Shown piece after piece: positions 1-10,129 of a stretch of DNA of 64,000 bases. The stretch's first letter is position 1; the number at the start of each line of letters is the position of its first letter. The notes below the pieces were generated by a model. It was not told the origin of the DNA. It did no database searches and saw nothing but the letters and a program-made list of their open reading frames with translations. The DNA lies in assembly GCA_016748015.1 (NCBI GenBank), contig JAAOMT010000502.1, positions 434,001 through 498,000 of the forward strand. Reading direction: 5' to 3'. A program made the translations under genes and the position numbers. The stretch comes from Geosiphon pyriformis uo1. Its lineage: Eukaryota; Fungi; Glomeromycota.

Positions 1-226
1 GATGCATGGTAATTCGAACTTTTCCCGGAACAGATGGCCATAGATGATGAATAATGACTTTTTAATAAAACTGGTAATTCAGGTCAAATTTGTCCCGTAA
101 AAAACGAAACACAATGTTACACCAGGTCTAATATATGAATAAGCCTCAAACTCTTTCATTAAAAGAACTCATTATCACTTAGTTAAAGACATCTTATTTA
201 ATTTTTAAACTGAGACAATAAGAGCG

Positions 227-1120
227 ATGAATCCTATATTATTTTTTCTTGGACTTTTACACTTATTAAAAATTAGTTTTTTGATTCATACCGATGCTGC
301 GGTTATATTAGGAACAGGTGGAGGAAAATCCTATATGATATCTTTTTTTTGTAAAGAAAATTGGTCGAAAAAAATACAGCTGATATCGTATACTTCGTCG
401 AGTAGAGCAAGCCAACCAAGAGTTTATAAATCAAATTCTTTTAGTGGTACAGATTCAAAGTTTAGCGTTTATGAAAAATCTTCAGACGCTCTTTACATAC
501 CAACTTATTCAACTTCACCAAAAAGAAAACGAGATTGTGGATCATGTTCGGGATCCAATGAAATTTGTCAAGTGAATGGGCTATGTACAAAAAGATCATC
601 TTTAACACCACTTGTTTCAAATACTTGTCAAAACGGCTCCGGGTGTACGGATGGCACCATTTGTGAAAGCTTGACAAATACTTGCCAATCGCCCCAGACT
701 CCCGAAAAAAAGAAACAATCAACCAGCGTAATAGTTTGGATTTTTTTAGGATTTTTTGGTCTCACTTTATTGAGTATTTGCGCGTGGCGTATAAGAAGAT
801 GTATCCAAAGAGCAAATGAAATTCAAGAGATTGATCCAGAAAATCCACGAATACAAATTGTAGGTAGACAAAGAGCCCAAACTGGCCAATCATATCAATC
901 GACCTTACCACCCTATTCGGCCGGGTCGTTACCTGAATATACGGCCGAGAACCCAGATGACCAATCCCGATTGTCAGGAATTGATGAAGATACGGAAGTA
1001 GAATCAGAGCCACCAAGTTATGAGCGAAGCGTCGGGGAGTTATCGAATCTTAGCTGTCAGGAAAATGAATCTAATCGGGATTCAAATAGCCCAATGATTT
1101 CTAGAGTTGATACAACTTGA
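227..1120 (+). CDS. Type-I single-pass membrane protein: signal peptide, Cys-rich ectodomain, TM helix, cytosolic tail with PY motifs (candidate Rsp5/NEDD4 adaptor-like)
   Basis: 297-aa ORF. Hydrophobic N-terminus; two Cys clusters (CGSC..C..C, CQNGSGC..C..C); TM VIVWIFLGFFGLTLLSICAW followed by RIRR; LPPY, LPEY and PPSY in an acidic tail. A decayed inverted paralog lies at 8.8-9.4 kb. Confidence 0.75.
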   Translation: MNPILFFLGLLHLLKISFLIHTDAAVILGTGGGKSYMISFFCKENWSKKIQLISYTSSSRASQPRVYKSNSFSGTDSKFSVYEKSSDALYIPTYSTSPKRKRDCGSCSGSNEICQVNGLCTKRSSLTPLVSNTCQNGSGCTDGTICESLTNTCQSPQTPEKKKQSTSVIVWIFLGFFGLTLLSICAWRIRRCIQRANEIQEIDPENPRIQIVGRQRAQTGQSYQSTLPPYSAGSLPEYTAENPDDQSRLSGIDEDTEVESEPPSYERSVGELSNLSCQENESNRDSNSPMISRVDTT

Positions 1121-1469
1121 TTTTTAAAAAAGACTGAGGGAATTTAATGGAACATTTATTTTCAAAAATTTCTATTATATTTAAATATTATTAGAAGACA
1201 CTTTTCACACTAAACCTAGTTATTGAACAATGGTGCCTAGTCTAGTTGGTTAAAAATATTAATGTATTTTTTGTTCAAATGAAATTCCCCATTTTTCTCT
1301 TATTATTATAAAAATTTTAACCATCTGTCGAAGAATCTATGTTAATTTCTGTTTTAATTTGAATCCCATGTAAAAATTTATTTCTTATACTTGGATTTTT
1401 TAAAAGTATAATAAAATAATACAGTCCGAAAAAGAAATTATCCTACTTGGTAGACAAAATGCACCAAAA

Positions 1470-1516
1470 CAGTAAACAAATAGTAAATAACAGTAAATAA
1501 CAGTAAATAACAGTGA
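1470..1516. repeat. Short tandem repeat (CAGTAAATAA) x about 4
   Basis: cagtaaacaaatagtaaataacagtaaataacagtaaataacagtg read directly. Confidence 0.7.
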
Positions 1517-2074
1517 AACAAAGAAAAAAATGGTTAAAGCTCAGAGATTGAATTTTTTCAATAATTATTTATCTTTTACTTTATTATGATATACCATGAT
1601 TGCGAAGTTAGATTTATATTATATTTTTTATTGAATTTTTTTTTTTTTAAGTGTTTTATGGTGCTAGACTTAATTTATTTAAATACAAATTAAAACTCTA
1701 TGTAATTTCGAGGATAGCAAAAGGGTTTTTCGTTGTAAAAAGCCTTATTGGTGAATATTTTGAAGCAGAGATTCCATGTACTTTATCTTCGGATCATAAT
1801 CAACCAAATTGTTTCTGAAAATTTAAACGTTTTTAGAGGCTTAGAAATCTCGGACAATTAACTGTGTTTTGATCATTTTTCTCATTACCCGAATATTTTA
1901 GGTGTAATAAAAAGTTTTCTAATAAACTTTTTTTTCAATGATAAAGAAACGTGACACAAGAACTTTTAAATGCTAAAGACTAATTAATGAATATAAATAC
2001 TATATACAGGCGGTTGCCTTATTTTCTTAGAAACCCAACATGTAGGAATTGTTTATACCTTCTAATTTCCCACA

Positions 2075-3373
2075 TTAATCTTTCCCAAGTCCACAACCCT
2101 CTTCTATCTCTTGCTCTTCCTTCGTCAGACGCGTTAAAGCAGCTTGAGCCAGTATTTCCCGCCTCGATTTTGATTTTGTTAAATCTGAACCACCACCCAG
2201 TCTAAAAGCGCCACCTTCAAATAATTGTTCACCAACCCTCTCATCCTCCAAAGACTCAAAATATTCAATATGACCAATTTTTTGACCTTTGGATTGCGTC
2301 CAATCGAGCTCAACTATTAGTCAAAATATACACCAGTATAACGCAATTGTTAAAATTCATATCAAGAGTTCACAGGTAAGGTAGACAATATACTCACCAA
2401 CTTCCTTGTTTAATTGTCGGTTCAATCGATGAAAATCATCACCATGACCAGTAAATACATTATGTGTAAGCTCATGTAACAATACATTTCGAATTGAGGG
2501 GTAGTGCCGAAACCCTTCCATATCATTTGTCCTTAGCCTTAAAGATATCGATTCACCTCCATTTAAATTGTAGCCCAAAATATTTGCCTCAGCAGGTGTT
2601 AGTTCCTTTAAAGTCCCTACACTGAATTTATGTTTTTCCATGATGGCACGAATACCTCGATCATCACGAAGTTGTTCCAAGATTTTACGAGCTTTTTCTG
2701 GTTCTGGAAAGTGTTCTATAACTTCGATCCTATGAAACGTGTGTTTTGAGATCGTGCCTTTGGTGGGTTTCTTATTTTTATATAACTAGAGTTAAATAGA
2801 AATTTAGTTACTAGGCTCAATTTTGAAAGGATTACAGAACCCAATCAGCAAACAATGGAAAATTCGTAGCTTACATTCATTGATTTCGGTTTGGTTTTTG
2901 AATGATGTACAATTTTGGCCTCACTATGTTTAATATCGTCTACATCTTTCTGGGAACTTCCAATTAACATTACTTTGGCACCATTACTCAAGACACTTTC
3001 ATACAATGTAGAATGGTCCTTTAGAGGCATTCCTATAATTTTTTGAAAAAAATCCAGTTATGTTTCATACTATCAAGCATCTCAGAAGTTAGGCAAAACC
3101 AACCTTTGAACATTAGCTTTTGAAAATCAGCTGGTACACCAGACTCATATTCAAGAAATTTTTTAAGCTGTCGTATTGTGGAATCCACAGGCCATTTATC
3201 GATTTCAATCGTTTTGCCTTTGAAACTAACTTGGAATGTGTCTGGTTTTTACAGTGAATCAAAGTAAGTTAAAAAAAAACTCTGACAAAACCAGCAATAG
3301 CTAGGATTCCACAATTCAATTTTATATTCATAAGAGACTCACATATTTCTTCTGAATAATTATTTGAGTCCAT
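2075..3373 (-). CDS. UBL-WLM zinc metalloprotease (Wss1 family, DNA-protein crosslink protease-like), 5 exons
   Basis: ATG at 3373, GT-AG introns. Ubiquitin-like domain (FQVSFKGKTIEI..SGVPADFQKLMFKG..L.D..L....L.NGAKVMLIGS). WLM core with VGTLKEL, ILGYNLNGGESISLRLR and the HELTHN HExxH motif. Last exon ELDWTQSKG..GGAFRLGG ends in TAA at 2075-2077. Confidence 0.9.
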
Positions 3374-3909
3374 TTCGTTATTTTGATCTTGGGACATTTT
3401 TTGAATAAAACAGTACTTTTTCGGAGATAGCTCATTTATACAACTGAAAATGTATTTGATCGCACAATATTTATTACACAGCCCTGTTTGATGACAAATT
3501 AAAAACTTTATTGATCTTCAAAATTAAATTACGTCACACTGTGCGGCAATTAGAAATTGTCATAGGTGGTTCTAGTATTCACTAGATATCTTTTGAAAAT
3601 TTAACGTAGGAAAATCTTATATTAATCCTTTCATCGGAATCTTCTAAATTACGAAATTTCCTTTTTTGAAAAAAAAACTCTATTTTAAAGGGGAAATCCA
3701 CTGTATAAAAAATATCATGCAAAGAATTTTTAATAGTCATGATATGAAAAATTTAGACAGATTGTGATAATTATTTTTGAGAAGATATACACACAAACAG
3801 TGAATCTTAGATTTCTTGTGTTTATATAAATAATTAGTCAAGAAGTGAAACCGAAAAAGTCCAAAAAATTTTTCATACAAATCTCATCCAAATGTATTCT
3901 GTACTAAAA

Positions 3910-5352
3910 ATGAAACAATTAATTTTGAGAATAGTGTTTCTATTAGTGTTAATTCAATTTTTTATTGATGCAAAGAATTTTTAAATTTTCAAATCTAAAT
4001 CAAGAATCTATCTCTTTAAAGAATACTCCACATATTTTCAATTTAAATCACGAATTTCCCGTTCCATATTTTCTAGCCATCAGTGCACGTATAGCAAACT
4101 ATGGTTACTGCCTATCACAAAAGAATGCAATCGACAAAGTGGTTGGAAAAGCGGATGTAATAGGTATGTTATTGTATTGTGAAAATCCAAAGCTACAATC
4201 TTTGATCTTATTATTTTCTTAATAAGTGGTTCATTATTATTATTTTTTATTACTTTTTAATTTAAAGCACATTTAGGTTTATTTATATTTTAAAGGAAAG
4301 GTAAAATCTAAATTGATTTCTGATTTCACACACAAATTTTTTTGCTTCCACTTTTTGCAAAATCATATCTTAGGTTTGCTTAAGATACTTACATTCAAGA
4401 ATAATTTCAGACGTTAACAAAAGCAGAATGGATTTCAAGAAAAACAGGACTTGTTCCATTCACTTTTCAAAGCAAAAAACCAGCCCTTCAGTTTTGGTGG
4501 ATAAAGAATTTGTTTCAAGATGTTCAAAAAATGTGGCCAGTTCTAGCTAAAGCAATTTTGGATATTCTTGTCAATATTCCTGATGATTATCATATTCGTG
4601 ATATTTATTTTACTGGCCATGCTATGTGTTAAGCTTAAAACCTTGGTATTTTTTAATTTTTAGCATATGCAACCTTGGCAGCGGAACTATGGAAAGTTCA
4701 CGCCCAAATAAATTTAATGGCACAAATATACACTCTCTTCTCACTTCATATAATAACATTTGGTGCCCCGAGAGTTGGAAATCGAAATTTCGCCCGACTT
4801 GTAACAAAATTTATCGAAAAACTAATCGAGTGACCCATGGAAATAACCATGTCTCTCATTTTATTGTCAAAAAATTTGATGGTGGTAAAGAGATCATGGA
4901 ACATTCAGAAACTGAAATATGGATTAAGCCAGTTGAGCATAATTGTGATTGTGCTCAACTGGCTCAAAAAAAACTAACGATGCTAAAGCAATGGAATATT
5001 ACTCGTGTCCTGGAGTAAACCCAACTCTTAATTTTCATTCCGAGAGTACAGATTTTCGTTTTCTTCAATTCGTGGCATGGAGACGGGATTCCTTTTTTCT
5101 TTACATCAAACAGAGATTTTAGAAAACATAAGAATTAGTAAAGTTCGAGAAAATTTCGTACATCAAGGGATTCATGATCATTTCAACGATGGAATTTGTT
5201 TCGGCTGTGGTCCCGATTTGTGGATTAATTTAAGAGATGAGAGAAGGGTCGCACAAAAGATCCAATCCACCTATGAATTTCTAGTGAGAGAGAGACGAGG
5301 GTTCTTTTATTGGGATGATTTGGAGGTCTTTGAGATTGTGAAAAAACGTTAG
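3910..5352 (+). pseudogene. Secreted class-3 lipase-like (Lipase_3) pseudogene
   Basis: Signal-peptide-like start MKQLILRIVFLLVLIQFF, then ARIANYGYC, IYFTGHA(M), AYATLAA, TFGAPRVGNRNFA, RVTHGNNHVSHF and EHSETEIWI. The motifs fall in different frames, with stops and frameshifts. Confidence 0.75.
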
Positions 5353-6305
5353 CATTAGAAAAATATTTAAGACCTTCATATAAATATATATCATCTATTG
5401 ATAAATCATCATTTTAGCTATATGTAAATTAGTAGATATCTTAACATTTTATAGTTAAATTTATACGCAACGGAGATTCAATTTTTAAATTCAAATTAGA
5501 AACTTAACATCATAAAATATTTAATTTTTTAGAAAAAAGTGTAAATCATTAAATTTTTTGGCTTGAAATAAGAAAAATTAATATAGTGTTTGTGAATTTT
5601 TAATTTTATCAATTCATAATACGAATAAATTAGATTGGTTGGATTTTTTTAGATTCAGCATATTCTTGGAAGAAAATAAAAGACCTAAATTAAAATTTCA
5701 TAAATACTTTCATAAAAAGACTTTTTATAAAGCAAGATTTTAAAAGTAGTTGATTGAACATAGATTGAAATTGGGTTATTTTCCTTGATCATTGCAAACA
5801 AATCAAAAAATATAATATTTTTTGACATTTTTAAATAAAATAAAAAGTTCTTTTATAATTTCATTTGAAAAATGCAAATAAATTTTTTCAAAACTCTTGT
5901 TCAAAAAATTATTATAAACAGCCTTCCCCTAACATTAATTTAAAAGCTTTACTGTTTAACGCTTTTTCATATCAGCTTTTTATTTGCCAAGCATGATTAT
6001 GAACTTATCTAATTTAATCTCAAATACAATCTAACGAGAATCAAAGATAAGTTTTTTGAAAGCTTGAAAGACCTTTTTTTGAAGTTCCAAAATGATTTTT
6101 ATTTGCCAATATATAATAGAAACTAGGTAACCCTTAAAAAATTTTATAAAATAATAATAAGTTTAAAAAATAAGAAACCTTGATTTTTAAAAAAAAATAT
6201 TTTAAAAAATAAAAATTTATAATTTATTAACGTTTATACTTATTATTTATTAATATTAAAAATCATTTCTTCATTTTCTTTTAATATATATTTTTATTAT
6301 TATTT

Positions 6306-6791
6306 CAGTCCTCCCGAAAAGTAATGGCGGGGTATTTTTTTATTTTTATTTTTTTTATACATAATAATTTCTGTTTAAATTTTAATATTTAATAGATATA
6401 TAAGTAAAGAATATATATGCAAAAAATTAATATTTAGTATGTCCTCCTTTTACACTAATACAATCTTGAATTCGATTTTGCATGCTAGTAATACAGTTAA
6501 GAATGGCCTCATTAGACAGATTATTCCATTCTTCTTCTCTGTTGTAATAAAAATCGCTTGAGAGATATTTTTTGTGTGCTATTATTGCTTTGACTTTTTT
6601 CTCAACATTTTGTTTAAGAATAGCCCAAATATTCTCAATTGGATTGAGATCTGGACTATATGATGGCCAAGACTAAACAGGATTTGTCGAACATATTTTG
6701 AAGTATGCTTCATGCTGGAAAATCAACGTTTCGCCCAGGCCATAATAAGAATTACCCAAGACTTACCCCCATTACTTTTCGGGGGGTACTG
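6306..6791 (-). mobile_element. Internally deleted (non-autonomous) Tc1/IS630-type DNA transposon
   Basis: Imperfect ~28-bp TIRs: cagtcctcccgaaaagtaatggcggggta at 6306 and tacccccattacttttcggggggtactg ending 6791, followed by TA. The minus strand encodes the transposase C-terminal motif WPSYSPDLNPIENIWAILK (about 6610-6668). Confidence 0.85.
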
Positions 6792-7043
6792 TAAAATCAG
6801 TAAATAGAACAATGAAATATTTCATGTTGATCATTTGTACTACTATTAACTTTCACATGATGTAATGCAGTATGCTGCTTGATCATCGAGGCAAAACTAA
6901 TGTCGATTTTCGGGTATAAAGAGAACCATATAAATAGTAGCAACCTTGAACACGTAAATTTTACTCATTGGAACATCTTGAATCGAAATAATTATATTTA
7001 CTAAAAGAACCTTTGAATACTAATAAAAATATGTTACCTCAAA

Positions 7044-7706
7044 ATGATTCTCTTCAAGCCAATAAATGGGCTAATACAAATTCCATTTAAACCAACTTAT
7101 CCACCTCTTCTTACTATCAATGACCTAATTTCACGAGTTACACGCAAAGGAAGAATCCCAACAAAACCTCCAAATGCTTTTATCATTTATCGAAAGAACT
7201 ACACGTTTGAGATTAAAACCAAAAAAATTTCAATTGACATGTCACAAGTTTCATCAATTGTTGGTCAATTATGGAAGGAAGAACCAGAATTTGTTAAAAA
7301 TGCATACAAAGACCTCGCTAGAGATGCAAAAGATATTTTTAATAAAAGATTTAATTCAAACTATGCTTCACTTGAAAACCCTTTTGAATCTTTTAATCCG
7401 TTGGATACTCAAAATTTTGAAGACATTATGAACCCACTTCTTGACGAAATGATTGTAACAGATCATACACCAGGAATCTTTACGCTAAATAATCAACCAC
7501 TTTTACCATTGAACCAAAATCAATCCTTCACATCTATTCCCAATTCAAGTTTAACAGATCAGAGGATTAACAGTCAAGGCCAAACAGAAAATCTTAGTGG
7601 AATTAACTCACTTTTATCTTTCATCATGCAATTGAAAGAAGAAATGGAAAAAATCAAGAAAGAGAATGAAACATTAAAGGAACTTCTTCAAACTAGGTTG
7701 GGATAG
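7044..7706 (+). CDS. MATA-type HMG-box transcription factor with C-terminal coiled coil
   Basis: 220-aa intronless ORF. HMG box IPTKPPNAFIIYRK..MSQVSSIVGQLWKEEPEFVKNAYKDLA; C-terminal LKEEMEKIKKENETLKELL; TATA-like tataaatag at about 6929. Confidence 0.9.
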   Translation: MILFKPINGLIQIPFKPTYPPLLTINDLISRVTRKGRIPTKPPNAFIIYRKNYTFEIKTKKISIDMSQVSSIVGQLWKEEPEFVKNAYKDLARDAKDIFNKRFNSNYASLENPFESFNPLDTQNFEDIMNPLLDEMIVTDHTPGIFTLNNQPLLPLNQNQSFTSIPNSSLTDQRINSQGQTENLSGINSLLSFIMQLKEEMEKIKKENETLKELLQTRLG

Positions 7707-8814
7707 CTATTAAACACCTCGTTTTTTGAATAAGCATAGGGCATAAAGATTTTACTATTTAAGCATATCAAGAATTTTGTTTTCATCTTTCATACAATAA
7801 TTTTTTAAGAATCTTGGATTTTTTTAAATATCTTATGGTGTTTTACTTTAAAAGAAATTCACTTTTAATATTCTATAATTTAGAAGGAGACTATTTTCCG
7901 CAGTGTAATTTAGTGGTACAAAAGGAAAAGATCATATAAGTTATATTTTCAAATAATTATGTTTGAGAAAATTCATTTTCATCATTTTAAAATTCTCATT
8001 CTAATTAAAGGAGACTGTGATATCACACAAAAAATTGGATAATAATTTTCTTATATTGAAATAATTTTCATTGAAAGCAGGTTTTTCATATTTTTAAAAG
8101 ACAATAAATTTTAAAGTTTGAAAAGCTAAGCAATAATTAATTTATATTAAATTTAATTTCATTCAAAAAAACTGCTCAAAAAAAAATTAAAGAACACGAA
8201 AAAAAGGACATATTTACAAGAACTCCACGCCTCTGATTATTGGTTTGACTAAATGCATGCAAGCTCTCATAATGTATCTCTAATCCCAGTTTTCACATGA
8301 CAAAGAAAGAAATTAAATAAATAAGCAATCTTAGCTATACAATCACTTAAAATTAAAGCCTTTAATATTGTTATTTTTTCAATCTAAGATACTATTAAAA
8401 TATATTGGAAATATGTTTTGAAGTAAATTGATTTTTCATCTTTATTTTACTAAAATGTTAATATGAAATTAGATTTATTTGTTGACATATTTTGAAATCA
8501 TAAAAAGCAATCAATAATTTTAAATCAGCAAAAATATTATTCGAATTTTTATATAAATAGAAACAAATAATTTGAATTAATTAACCGAAATTAAATTTGC
8601 TGTATTTTTTGTATAGAAAATAATAATATGCTTAATTATTTTAATTTCAATAACAACAATTTATTATTATTGTTATTATTATTATTATTGTTGTTATAAT
8701 TAAAAAGGATTAAAAATGATACCAATTTCTTATGTAGATATTAAAAACTAAATATTGCTAATTTACTATAAAAAGTTAATTTTTACTGGGTTTAAAAAAC
8801 CAAATGATAAAAGG

Positions 8815-9412
8815 TAGTAACGAACCAGCCAAATAGGGTGGGAAGGTCGGCTGATATGTTTGATATGTTTGCCTTATTAATCTATATTTGGATCAATTTC
8901 TAGAATTTCATTTACTTTTAGGATTGCCGCCACAATCTGAATCTTTTTAACATGTACATATATTTGAAACAAGATCTATTGGTACATAAGATCTCGAACA
9001 CGATGCATGACCTCACTTTCTTTTTAGTGAAGTTGAACAAGTTGATACGTTAAAAGTATCTGCCGATCTTTAATTTGCGCTAAACTTTGAATCTTTAACA
9101 CTAAAAGAATTAGATTTACTAACTATTGGTTGGCTTGCTCTACTCTTTTTTACAAAAAAAAGATATCATATAGGATTTGCCTCCACCTATTCCTAATATG
9201 ACCGCAGCATCCGTATTAATCATAACATTAATTTTTATTAGCTGTAAAATTCTATGTAAAAAGTTAAAAAGTTCGAATCAGGATTTTTAGAATTCATCGC
9301 TCTTATTCTCGGTTGAAGAATAAATAAAGTGGTCAAATGGAAGAGATTTACAATTTTGAAGCTTATTCATAATGTAACCATGTGTCCCGTTTTTTGCGGG
9401 CGAATTACCGAT
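8815..9412 (-). pseudogene. Inverted, deletion-riddled copy of the 227-1120 membrane-protein gene and its promoter
   Basis: The reverse complement matches blocks of about 75-930: aataagagcgatgaat, gatgctgcggt-atattaggaa-aggtggagg-aaatcctatatgatatctttttttt, gagtagagcaagccaacca, agattcaaagtttagcg, gacctt-ccaccctatt. In-frame stops and large deletions. Confidence 0.85.
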
Positions 9413-10129
9413 ATGATTTTTATAACTACATGTATTTTCTATTTTTTTAATCAATACTGCGCTAGATACACCTTATAAAGTAAATCTTGAACAGATTAAA
9501 ATTTTTCAATTTTTTCAATATAAGAAAAGAAATCATTGCTCTAAATATATACTTACTATTGTCTGTAATATTGGTATCAAATTAATCCCTATAAGTTTTC
9601 AAAAAGAGGTTATTATAAGTAACCATGAGGTTTGAGGCCCTAGTAAAATTTAAGAAGAAACCTAGCTATATATAATTTATTTTCAACAACGCAAGAATTA
9701 AAGTCTTGACGTAAAGCAAAAAACACGATTTTTTAAATCTTTATGATGCTTTGAGTTTATAAACTTAAAAGAATTCACGATTAAAGATGATTTTTTTGGG
9801 AAATAACATTAACACTTTTTTAAATTTATTTTTTCCCGCAAAAAAAAAAAGATCCACTTTGGTATATTTGGTTAATGCTTTTAAATAATTGTTCAAGATA
9901 TTTGCACGGATCACTTACGAACTTGTAAAGCAAATTTCTTGTGCGCCAAGCGTCCAGCGCATGGTATTAAGAGATCTGTTTGTCGCTAAAGTAAGACTGG
10001 CCCATAGTAATAAATCATCGAGACTCCTAAAAATAATCAATCAATTAATTATTAATATTTTATGCCCTGCCTCTTCTTTTTAACAGAAGCAACCACAAAA
10101 ATTATTCCTTTCTCACCTTGTTTTTGCTG

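Noticed and set aside
3718-3985. 17-nt direct repeat atgcaaagaatttttaa (also ccaaataaatttaatgg at about 4705 and 13825)
   Set aside because: Short and AT-rich, with no extended homology or element structure between the copies.
7044-7706. HMG gene as a Mucorales-type sex (sexM/sexP) locus
   Set aside because: No flanking triose-phosphate transporter or RNA helicase gene. MATA-HMG genes are a large dispersed family in these fungi.
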